Positions 50,732-62,484 of a DNA stretch of 64,000 nt are shown in pieces. The notes beneath the pieces are model-generated. The model saw only the letters and a program-made list of their open reading frames with translations. It did not search any database and was not told the origin of the DNA. Each line of letters starts with the position of its first letter. Position 1 is the first letter of the stretch. The DNA is taken from positions 46,314,001-46,378,000 of the forward strand of contig JAGIQG010000003.1 of the NCBI GenBank assembly GCA_024679065.1, given 5' to 3'. The stretch comes from Sphyrna mokarran (lineage: Eukaryota). The translations under genes and the position numbers were made by a program.

Positions 50732-52462
50732 ATTAATAATTATTAATAATTTGAATGGGGTTAAGCAGAATACTTTGCACAAACTCAAATTGGTATTCAG
50801 TTTTGAAGAGCCAGAGGTCCGATTTTTTTTTTGTTTACCCAACCGATTTCCATGTCCTTCAACACTTTGCATGCAACAATTCGACGGTAGCCTTTTAAAA
50901 AGCACCATAGCAACCAAAACACTTCTTAAAAATCAGAAAACTGAAGGCTTCGCTCATCATTAAAAAAAAGACCTGAAAATGCGTATTTGTTTTCCAGCTT
51001 GCTAAGTAATGTGATTAAAATGTTGGAGGCACAGCAAAGGTGTCCCTATGCTCCCTGACAGCTGTCAGAGCTATTGAACAGCACCGTGCAGCTGAGGAAA
51101 GCTTTATTGGTAAACTGTTCCATTGTGTCATGGAGGCAATTTCTCTATTTCACCCAAGCATCTGTTGCCATATTTGTGGCCGTTTTTCTTTCAGCATTGA
51201 CAGCAGCAAAGATTTTGTGACACAGGCAATAGTTTTTTTAAAATATAAATAAGAACATGTGGTCCATGATTTTTTTTCCCCTCGGTTAAATGGCTGCTTT
51301 TGTCTGAGAGCAAATGAAGTAGAAAATACATTATTCAGTAGGTGTCTGCAGCTGAGAGTGGTTGGGATTTTTCCCTGTAGTATTACAGTCCTCAAACAAC
51401 TCATTTCATAAGCAGGCTAAGGCCAGAGCGCCATTTTTTGATTTTCTTTTTCTGCAGTGAAACACATTTTAATCCAATTTTTATTTACCTGCTTGGTATT
51501 TTACTGCAGTCTGTAAGTGAAGGAATGCCTGATTTTAGAGCCAAAGCAAGATGCAGCAAGCACATTTTTTCCATGGCTTTGGTTGTTAAAATTTATGCCT
51601 TAAAAGAGGTTAACTACGATTCAGAATGATCATGTTTCTTGGACTGATGACTTTGAAATGCAGTTTTGATTTTATAAGTGAATGCAACCGATATTTTCCA
51701 CACAATACGGTTCAGTGAACAATAATGTACTGGATGGCAAATTAACCTGTTTTCAGTAGAAACAATGTCAATTGGAGCTCCCGATGAACAGTGCCTTGGG
51801 ATCCTTAATATCCATTTGAAATGGCACATCGGCCCTTGATTTAATCTTGAATCTGAATGTTGGCACCTCAAACAATGCAACAATCTCTCAAATTGGATGC
51901 AATGATAAAAGAACACTCGGATCTGCAATATCGAATGGGGGAGAAACAGCTGAAATCAATAAAAAGGAGCTTGACGGATCTGCAAATAATTTTAAATTAT
52001 TTAATGATGCTTTGTAGGTGAATTTTCTTCAGGCTTCTCCTGCTTTAGGGCCAAAGCCCTGTTTATGCATGCAAACTTGATTTCCACCAAACTTCTGTCA
52101 ATATTTTAACCAACGCAGCAGGAAAATCCCTGAGGAAATTTGCCTCTTTTTCCTCTTACACTGTGGCCATTTTTGCCACAGTTTGTACTGACTGGATATG
52201 ATTTTTGTTGGCATTACTTTAATGGCTTCATTTTTGGGATACGTTAACATGTATAATTTTAAATCCCTGGCAGACGCATCAGTGATTCTTTAAGGTTGCT
52301 TAAGCTTTCCTTGTCCTTCGGCAGGCCTTCATGATCAAGGAGGATGCTTCCAATCCAACTCGATGGGTTCTGAGATGCCTGTTAAGTCCAACCTGAAGTC
52401 TGCAGACTCTGCTACAGGCAAGCTTGAAGGGTTGCGAAGATGAGGTTTGGAGGTTTGTGTGT

Positions 52463-53048
52463 TTTTACAGATGCACTATAGAAAGCATTCTTCCTGGTAT
52501 GACTTCTGCTCTGCCCAAGATCACAAGAAACTACAAAAGGTTATGAATGTCATCCAATTCATCACACAAATCAGCCTCCCATCCATTGACCCTGTCTACA
52601 GTTCTTGCGTATTTTATTATCAAATAAATCGGTTGGATTTAAATTGGTGTTGTCAGACTTCTTACTGAGTTTACCCCAGTCCAAAGCTGGCATCTCTACA
52701 TCTACACTTCTTGCTACCTCAGCAAAGCAGCTAGCATAATTAAGGACCCCACGCACCCACTCTTCCACCTTCTTTCAGCAGGAAAAAGATACAAGTCTCA
52801 AGTTATGTAGCAACTGACTCAAGGACAGCTTCTTCCCTGCTGCCATGAGATTTTTGAATAGATCTACCTCGCATTCTCTATTACCTAGCTATGATTATAA
52901 CTCTACATTCTGCACACTCTAATTTTCTTTTCTATGTATATATGCTTTGTCTATATAGTGCACAAGAAACAATACTTTTCATTGTATATTAATATTAATG
53001 TATACATATTAATATAATACATGTAACGATAATAAATCAAATCAAATC
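52463..53048 (+). mobile_element. Rex1/Babar-like LINE 3' end containing a nested Penelope-like fragment (52609-52700)
   Basis: ORF 52447..52668 contains WY..CSAQDHKKLQKVMN..Q.ITQ.SLPSID. Colinear with 46260-46741 except for the insert. Confidence 0.85.
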
Positions 53049-53384
53049 TCTCCAACTCCAGTTCTGCATGTCCCTGACAAAGTTCTTGATGGGCTCGGTG
53101 ATAAGCCAGCAGAAATGCTTGACCTTTTCAAGGCTGCTTTGAAGGATCTCAACTGTTCTCCTGGGGTTCTTCTGCTGTGACCAAGTTCTGAGTAGAGCAA
53201 TTGCTTCAGAGTTGCAACATGGTTTTTCACCCAGGAAGAGGCAGCACATACATTTATTGGGCAAAAAATCCAAAAAGAAATAGGAGAGACAGTCCCTACC
53301 ATTCCACACAGTTCTTTTTGAATCCTCTATCTCATAGCCTTGCACTGCTATCATACCCCTTCAGTAAAGATAATTATTTAAAAT

Positions 53385-53522
53385 ATAGCCAAAATACTGC
53401 AGAGACCGGAATCTGAAATAAAAGGCAGAAAATGCTGATGAAGGGTCATTTTGATTCCAAACATTGGCTCTATTCTCTCTCCAGAGATGCCGTCAGTTCT
53501 GCTGAGATTTTCCAGTATTTTC
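53385..53522. mobile_element. Penelope-like fragment (family B) with inverted junction
   Basis: Minus-strand pLTR end fused to a plus-strand pLTR piece, flanked by the 17-bp direct repeat AGATAATTATTTAAAAT (53368-53384 and 53523-53539). Confidence 0.75.
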
Positions 53523-53964
53523 AGATAATTATTTAAAATGTTTTTATACCTCTGCAATCCCAATGATTGACACTATGAAAAGTAAAATTCAAAGCAGTGA
53601 ATAAATGGCGCTGACTGGTGGCTTTTGTTGCTTGTTGGGAATAATACTTGCTTAAATTTCAAATTGAATTGACTGTATGGAAAGTAATTTTCTTATTGAA
53701 GGAGATACTGGCTGCCCTTCAGCATTTTGTCTAACTGGCTATTCTTTTTAATAGAACCTAGACATTCTCAACAAACTATCACAGCCAAGTTTGAACATGT
53801 TCTCATCCAATGTCAGTCCCATTCCCAACACATTTTTTCAATAGGAGTCATCAAGTTTGGAATCATGCCTTATTTATGCACCTTCTGGGGCCAAAGGTAT
53901 TGAATATCTGACAGACCTCACTGATGGTGTGTAAATCTTGATGGAGTGTTGGCATTTTCCTGCT

Positions 53965-54360
53965 GTAGCCCAGTTGGTAGCACTTGTGTCTAAGTTAGAC
54001 ACTTGTGTGTTTTAGTCCAACTTGAACATATAGATCTAGCAAGACAATATAGTGTAATATTGAGGGAATATTGCCCTGTTGGAAATGTTATTTTTTAGAT
54101 AAGGCATTAAACCCAGGCCACATTTCCCATGAGATTTCCCATCTCATGGGAATGCAAAGGATCTCATGATATTATACAAAGGGAAAAACAGACATGTTTT
54201 CTCCTGAATTCCAGCCAATATTTATTCCCTGAATCAACATTACTCAGAAATTATCTAGTTGTTACATAATTCTGTGTTGGAGCTTGCTGTGTGTACGTTG
54301 ACCACTATATTTCCTACATTCCAATAGTGATTACACTTTTAAAAAGTAACTATTGGTTAT
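53965..54360 (+). mobile_element. DeuSINE (SacSINE1/AmnSINE1-like), followed by an L2-like 3' end (about 54372-54820)
   Basis: Deu-domain-like tgaggga...ttaaacccaggcc...ggatctcatg...gccaatatttattccct..tcaacat...attatct.gt...cttgctgtgtg...tttcctacatt. Confidence 0.65.
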
Positions 54361-57300
54361 GATAAAGTTAAGGTCATCCAAAATTCTGCTGCCCACTTCC
54401 TTAGTTGTACCAAGTTTCATTTACTATCAGCTTATTGCTCACTGACCTACAATATTTGCCTCAATTTAGGACTCTGATCCTTGTTTCTAAATCCCTCCAT
54501 GTATAAGTCTCTATCTCTGTAATCAGCACCACAACGCTCAGCAATATTTGTGCTCCTCTAATTCTGGCCCTTGATTTAATTATTCCATTATTGGTGGCTG
54601 CGTCTTCAATTACCAACACCCTAAGCTTTGCAATTTCCTCCCTAAAATTTTATGACTGTCTCTCTCTTTCCTTCTTTAAGATCCTGCTTAAGTCTTTAAG
54701 CAAGCTTTTGGCCATCTGCACTAATATCAGCTTACGTGGTTTGGTGTTAAATGTGGCTTTCTAACATTTGGTAACTTTTGAGATATATATTACACTTATT
54801 ATTACAAATGCAAATAGTTGTTGATTTTGAAATTTGCCAATTTGCCAAATACATGCAACTCTTACTTTTTGAACTGTCACATCAACAGTTACCTCATAGC
54901 TATCAGGAGTATGAAGTCTAGGCAATTTTCAAATCCTGAATCCAAGGAAATGATAGAATTCCCGCACCCTCACTGCTGCCCCAGCAGACATCAGGCAATG
55001 CACACAAACCAAAGATCAAAACCAAAACACTCCTGGTCCGCACAACTCAGCAACTTACTAAAGTGTTTTTGAGTCATTCATTCTCAATTCTTAATTGGAA
55101 ATCATCAAAATGAAACTGAATTTTTCCAAATGTGCTATCCAGAAGAGAATTATTTGATTTGAGACCTAAAATTTCTCAACAGATAAATAATATTTTGAAT
55201 GATAAACCAATCTTGGCAATGTTACAGCATTGAAAATGAATGTGCTGTGTTCAGGACCAGGAAACTGGAAAATAAGTAATTAAGCAAGAAATCATTACTA
55301 AATCCCATACAAGCAATCAATAGCTGCAACTGATCACCTATTTCTCAAACATAGCAGCTATGCTGTAGTGGCCTGCTTTGTAAGCAATATCAATTGGAAT
55401 TTAGCGCTATAGCAGTCATTCTTCATTGCGCCAGTTACCAGTATCAGTACCATAATGCACAAGGTAAGATCAATTTTTAAAATGCCAGTGCTGCTATTTA
55501 TTGTATCTAGAAAGAAGAATGCCTTCAGCCACCAGGTGCTTTGCAATAGTGATTTACTCCTGTTGGGAAATAGTCAAGTATACATCATAAAATCTAATGT
55601 AAAGATGACATGCTGTCAAATTGCAAGAAAGTTTTCACATCCAAAACTGCAGGTATAAAAACCTGCATGAAAATGTGACTCATGACACTACATGGCCGTG
55701 TTTGTACATCACTGAGCAGAACATATGATTTCTTCCAGTGGAGGTGATATACAATCAAATTTTAGTTGCTGCAAAGTGCTGCATGAATTCACACACAGCT
55801 ATATTGTTCCTGACATTCCAACATTGTTATGATATTCATCAACAGCATCTATGACAATGGCAGCAAAATTGTGAGTAACAATGTAACTACTGTGTAGATG
55901 TATCTTTTCTTTCAATGCATCTTAGTTTATAAATATTAAAGCAAAAGAGAAGAGTGGAATGGAGGAGTTATGAGTCCACTCTATTGTTGTATTGGTAATC
56001 TTTGAAATAGACTATATGGAATTATATATATAAACATAACATTTATTGGATACACACACTTGTATATAACATGTATATATAGATATACATATATGCGCAT
56101 TGATTACTGACATTTTCACCCTGTAAGAGAAACATACAATTGAACCTTGATTCAGTAAACCTTATTCAACTATTAGATTCACACAGCATCCACTTGTTGA
56201 AGTAAGTGTCTTAATCTATATTCAGTCCACTTTTCACTGAAGTCATACTGGGAATATAGAGACATCACTCACTTATCTGCAAAAGTGAAAAAATATGCAG
56301 AAAACCAAAGCTTTCAAATTCAAATGTCTGCCCTCTTTCAAACTGATGTTCTTGTCAGTGTACAAAAACATTTAACACCCAAAAGAGACAGTTCCCAAGG
56401 CTGAGGGCAATTTACTTTTTCTTGTGCATCTATCAAAATGCATCGGTTGTTTTTTACATTTGCAATGTTAAAATTAATAACATTTTTTGAAAAGGAATAT
56501 TATTGCTTTAATTGCAAGTAATTGCGAATTACTCCAATGTTGGTTGCAGTCAATGTTTTGGAAATTAATGTAATTCACCCCGGTAAAGGCAGAAGTCGCT
56601 GGTTGGGAGATAGGTTAGAACTTGATTTTTGACACTTTAATCTCATCCAATCTAAACCCACCCATAAAAGACCACCATTATTCTAACTTCTGATCTGACT
56701 ACAGAGTGCAGTGATGTGAATTATCCTCAAGTAAAATGTTTCATATCATTTAGGTTTAGGCTACAATGCACTGTAAGAGATATTTTTAAAGAAATTATGC
56801 AGACTCCCTTATTGGACTTCTTCACTGCTCTCCAAACTGAAGAGGAACCTATTTTTTCATTATGTTTTGAAAAAGCCAGATGGTCCCACCTGCAGTCTTA
56901 TTTAAAATGTACCTCTAGGAGTGAAAGAGAATGCTGTCTCCTGACAGCTAGAATAGGATTCACAGTTACTGGTTGTCTTGCATTATTCCACCAGTGTTGT
57001 TGGCACTGGTTGGAATTAAATAGGCAGAGCAGCATAGAAACATCAAATAAATATTGCAATATTTCTGTAAAGAAAATTCTCAAACAAATTTCAATGTCTA
57101 TGTGCTTGATTCAGTACTGCAGTAATACTTTATAAGATTGGGAATTAAAAGGTATGAACATCACTGAATCTTAATAAATAAACAAGAACTATAATTTACC
57201 ACGGATTGTTTTTATTTGGATAAGGGGTTATAAGGATTATAAAAATATCTACTTATATCTCAACAAAATTACTAATTATTATTTAACAAATTAGATTAGT

Positions 57301-58194
57301 CCTAAAATTTGCTTGTGTAGTGCTGACATTTTCAGTGTGAGATGAAAATTGGTGAACTCTGGAGGAAGATGCAACACATGTTGAACATCTTAATTCTCAC
57401 TTTAAGGTCATTAAATTTTGTGCAGTACTGCATTCAGGTCCTCGTGGCTACACTGCTGGCATTATCTATGACAGCTTTCTATTCCTGCTGCCTTTGCAAT
57501 GCCTGCCTGGTGAACCCAAATTCGATGATCAGCCATGATCAAAATGAATGGTGGAGCAGACTCAAAGGGCTGAATGGCCTACTCCTGTTTCTAGTTTCTA
57601 ACCTGTTGGTTCCCTCTAGGTAAAGGACCTCTCTCCTCCTGTGTGCCTCCTGTACTATGGCCTCCAATGCTGCATGACAGATCTTCAAAATATAGCATCC
57701 CTATGCCATTCCACAGTCAAATGGCTTTTAGACTAACTTCTAGATCTTGCTTCTTGAAGAAGTGCAGCTTGGCTTTAAGTAGTACAGGCAAGCTTAAACC
57801 TGTATTACCTCTCATGATTTTTCATCTTTGCTCAGGCACCTAACCACTCAACAGTGCTGGCCGCATGCTACAATCATTTCAATACTCAGGCATTATGAAG
57901 TCTTTGTGATACTTGCAATGGAAGGAACAGGCACAGCTTTCTTATGCACAGCAATCCCTATGGCCATTTTCAGCACCTACCCAATTTTGCCCTTGATTTT
58001 TCACTTTACACAATCAAAGAATTCTAGGAAAAGTCTTCTTTGGATTGAGATAGCAGCTACTCAAGAGGCAACAAGGAATTACTCCCCATAAATTCCCCTT
58101 GGCTATGGCATTTCAGTGGTATGGGCTGGAATTCCCCCCCAAAAATATCCTAAGCGTCGAATTTGCATGAAAGCTAGAGTTATTCATGCTGATT

Positions 58195-58708
58195 AGCAGA
58201 GAGGTCAATACCTGGATGGGGAGCTTAGATTTAAGTTAAAAGGCAGGTGATTTAAGGAATATTTGAAAAAAAATTAGGAGGGTATTGGAAATCTGGAACT
58301 TACTATCTGAAGTGGGAGAGGGTGGAGGTGGGAGCACTCACAATATTTAAGAAGTATTTAGATGAGCATTTGAAATGCCATCGCATACAAGACTGTAGGC
58401 CTAAGTGCTGGAAAATGGGATTAGAATAAATAGGTGTTTCATGGCCAGTGCAGACATGATGGTTCAAAGGGCCTCTTTTTGTGCTGTAAAACTCTATGGC
58501 TGGAATTTTCTGACCTTTCTGACAGCGGGATCTTCTGGTTACTCCAACAGCGAGCGCCTGCCAGGGGTTTCCCAGCGGTGAGCGGTGCACAGTGTAGGAA
58601 ACACACTTGACAGTAGTGGGATCAGAAGATCCCACTGTTGACCAGACTGTTTCTGATGCCATGAAACACACCGCAGGGGTCATGAAAAATTCCACCCTAT
58701 GATTCTAT
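58195..58708 (+). mobile_element. CR1 LINE 3' end
   Basis: Encodes IWNLL...FKKYLDEHL-like C-terminus, then aagggcctctttttgtgctgtaaaactctatg...attctat tail, split by a MITE. Confidence 0.75.
58498..58697. mobile_element. 200-bp Harbinger-like MITE
   Basis: TIRs ggctggaattttc and gaaaaattccaccc, 3-bp direct repeat TAT (58495-58497 and 58698-58700), internal inverted ggatcttctg and cagaagatcc. Confidence 0.75.
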
Positions 58709-60052
58709 CAGGGAACTATCCCAGACAGATGCCCACTGACTAGCATTCAATCATTGCAAACTCCTGATTAAAAAACATAAGTGCATATGCAGTCTGCAGG
58801 AAAATAGAGGGAAAAAAAAGACTCACTTGATGTCATAATGATCAAGAACAGTGGCAACAAGAGCTAAAAACACTATGCAAACCAATTTGCAAGAAGCTGT
58901 TAGTCTGAACGCAGCGTCTAACATGTATTGAACTGACAGACTCCTGTGTGTCAAAGCTTAAGAACACAAATTGCCAAAGAGTCATTGTTATGTCTGAATT
59001 AGAAGTTGTATATAATGAGAGGAATGAGAGTGATTTTAGGTTGGAATGCTGTACTTGGATCAGATTATGTTTCAATCAGATAATTGTGCATCTGGAGCCA
59101 GCTCTGTTTGCAGAATGACTTGACTGCCAAGCCTATGAATTTAGTGGGGCCTTCTCATCAACAGTTTCAGCTTAGTTTATGTACTTGATCAGTAACATTT
59201 TGACATCCCATTTTCCGTGCTGCCAGCCTGATAGTCTGCTGTGATTTTGGTTTGAAATGTAGACGACCTTGACATTTCATTTTCTAACAGAGCGGTCTTT
59301 AACTAAAACCACCCAGAGGGCACCAGTGTGGATGATGTAATGTGTGAGGTGGACAGTTATTGGATTCATTTTATTTTTAAATTCCAAACATCCGGATCTC
59401 AGATGTTCTTAATCTAAAGAGTGAAAATAAAAAGGCCACAAGCTGAGCGAGATCAGAATGCTTCTTAGATCATTGTGATACTTGAACAACTCGGATCACC
59501 CTAAAAAACACATGTCTATGAATCACTCCCTTCCCAGCAAGCTACAGTTGGGCAGAGGCCACTTTCCTTCCTAACTACTTCCAGGGAATAGATCAAAAAC
59601 TGGGAAAAAAAATACCTGGCGTCACTTGACTCACTCTATTTTCACTGCAACTTGCTGCTCCTGAGCAAACAAAGGATACTTCATTGTGTGGTTTTGAATA
59701 GGAAAGGGATTTCATTCAACAAACTACTATTCTTTTGCACTTGAAGAAATATTGGATGTGGTCTCAGATTGAATTTGAAGGGGCAATTTTGGGACCAGGA
59801 TGGCAACATCTTACTGACCACTGATATTAATTGTGAAGCATAATGAACCTTTAAAGCCTTCTCTGTATGTATGTTGTTAACACCCAGATCTACTTTGAAA
59901 TCACCTCACATAATCCTTTCATTGCCATTGTGTTGTCAGACTGCTTGCCCGCCATACAGTCTTGGATAAGCTTCAATTTCCTCCAGCTAAACATTAGGAA
60001 GACCAAATCAATTGTCTATACTCTTGCTCCCATTTCTATCCAGAATTGTATA

Positions 60053-60560
60053 ATTACAGAAAAGTACAACACACAAGAAGACATTTGGTCCATTGAGTCT
60101 GTGCCAGGTCTTTCAAAGAGCAATCCCGTTAGTTCCACTTCCCCATTCTTACCCCATAGCCCTGCATTTTTTTTATCTTTCAAATATTTATGCAATTGTG
60201 TTTGGAAGGCTAATGCTGAATCTATATTCACAACCCCAACAGGCAGTCCATGCCAAATTCCAACTATCTTTTGCAACTATTTTACCAATTACCTTAAATC
60301 TATGCCCTCTGGTTATCAACTCTTCAGCCATTGGAAATAATTGCTCTTTATTTGCTTTATCTAAACCTTCCTTGATTTTGAACCCTCTGTCAAATCTTCC
60401 CTTAATCTTCTGTGCTCTAAGGAGAACAACATTAATTACTCCAGTCTATCCATGTAATTGTGACCCCTCATCACTGGAACCATTCTATTAAATCTGCTCT
60501 GCACTGTCTCCAAAATGTTAAGTCTGTCCTAAAGTGTGCTGCCATGAATTTGACATACTG
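60053..60560 (-). mobile_element. CR1 LINE 3' end, nested in an L2-like fragment
   Basis: ORF 60016..60276 contains QKIVGIWHGLPVGVVNIDSALAFQTQLHKYL, a CR1 ORF2 C-terminus. Confidence 0.75.
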
Positions 60561-61954
60561 GATGTTAGCAAGGCCAAGTTGAGGGCGGTGTGATGGAGTT
60601 GAGGGTAGTGGCAATGTAGTGTTCGGGTTTCCCTGCATACCTTGGAGCCAGAATCAGGCCTGGCATCTAATCAAGCAGGAAGAATGCTAAAGAGAGCTGA
60701 AGAGCCAGATAGGTCCCATACAAGCCCCTGGAGAAGGAAGCTAATCCTTGGGGAGAGGTTCAGATCCCAGTGTTGGGGGGTCTCATTCCTAATCAGAGGT
60801 CAAGTCTATTCTGCAGGGTGATGAGTTGGGTTGGGGGGGTTGTGTTTCAATCCCGATCTGGAGTAGTGAGAAGTCGCTGGCCAGGGGACCTTTGTTTCAT
60901 GGTGGAAATTAATACAGACTGACATTGGGGGCCAGCTGAGTATTACTCCTGTTCCTCCTGGCTCATTAGTAGTGTTATAAAGCCCCATTCCTTCTCCCTG
61001 AATCTATTCAATTCTCACTGAAGTTATTAGGTCTCCTGAGGATTGGGAAATCTGGCCATTCAGGGTTAGCCTGTAAAACAGATAAAATCTGAGGTTCACT
61101 GACATATTTAAATTACCAATTAATCTGCCTCTTGTCAACACTTTGGCTGCTTGCCTCTTGTTCTGTCTCCCAAAATATGGAAACAGCAGGTTGGTGTCAG
61201 TGTTCAGAATTTAAAATTTCTATTCACACACTACCCATTTTTGTTTGTTAAATTCTTTCCAATGCTTGAACCAGAGCCAAACTATAGCCACAGTCTCAGA
61301 CTGAGCCAGAATGTTTACAACCTTGTGCCCTATCTGATCCGAAGCTAATTTCTAATTACTTATCCCCTCCATCAAAGGACTGCCTACTCCCACCTCCAAT
61401 AAATCACCTGTCTCTGTACAACCTCAACCCAACTGCAGGTGGAGTGTTTTTTCATGTGTTTTCATCACCTTTAGAGTGAGTTACACCTTGCTGACCTCCT
61501 ACTACCCAAGGTCTTTATACTTCAGCTGCAAATTTAACTTATTCCAGCCTCATTGGTGTTTGATTCCATAATGCCGATAACATTTAAATCTGGCATTGCC
61601 ATTCTTTTGTTAAAATACACACAAGGTCTTGCCCCTCCTTATCATTGTACTTATTTTCAGCAATGCGAGTTCCTTCCCCATATTCACCACCCCCATCTCC
61701 CCACCTGATTTCTTGTGTACCTCCTATAATATGCCTTCAGCCATCTATGACAATGCTCTGGAATTTCCTCACCAAATCCCCACTCTCCCCTCAGCTTGCT
61801 GCCTCTTTCTATTCTTTCAAGCAACTCTTTAAAACAAACTCCATCAAGTAAAATTTCTTGTATCTCCACTGTTCTTTCATTTCACCTTTGGATGCATTCT
61901 TTCAGACCCTAGCACATTACCTTCCTTCAATTTAACTCACAATTATCCTACTCT

Positions 61955-62484
61955 ACAGGAAAAAGATCTAAAAGTCTGAGGTCATGTACCAACTGACTCA
62001 AGAACAACTCCTTCCCTGTTGCAATCAGATTTTTGAATGGACCTATCTTGCATTAAGTTGATCTTTCTCTGCACCTTAGCTATGACTGGAACACTACATT
62101 CTGCACTCTTTCCTTTCCTTTTCTGTGAACATTTGTTCTTTCAGTCCCCAGAAGGCTAGAGGTTTTCAGTTCAGTCAGGCAGTATGGTCAGTGCAGGCTT
62201 GAAGGGCGAAGGGCCTGTTCCTGTGCAGTAATTTTCTTCATTCTTTGAATGGTATGTTTTGTCTGTCCAGCGCATAAGAAACAATACTTTTCACTACATA
62301 TTAATACATGCGACAAAAATAAATCAAATCCAATCCTAGCTATGACTGTTACACTACATTCTGCACTCTTTCATTTCCTTCTCTATGAATGGATGCTTTG
62401 TTCCTATAGCACACAAGAAACTCAAGAAACTGTACTTTTCACTGTATGCTGTTACATATGACAATAATAAATCAAATCAAATCA
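61955..62484 (+). mobile_element. Rex1/Babar-like 3' end with duplicated 3' UTR and nested CR1 tail
   Basis: Colinear with 46490-46741. The UTR block ctagctatgactg..acactacattctgcactct appears twice. Confidence 0.8.

Noticed and set aside
52984-53020. AT-rich near-palindrome tatattaatattaatgtatacatattaatata
   Set aside because: Low-complexity expansion inside a Rex1 3' UTR, not a miRNA-like hairpin.
59310-59326. Possible CTCF motif cacccagagggcacca
   Set aside because: Two mismatches in the 5' core and no supporting context.
59867-60491. 157-aa and 132-aa plus-strand ORFs
   Set aside because: Chimeras of an L2 RT remnant (CL.AIQSWIS.NFLQLNI.KT) and the antisense strand of a CR1 fragment.
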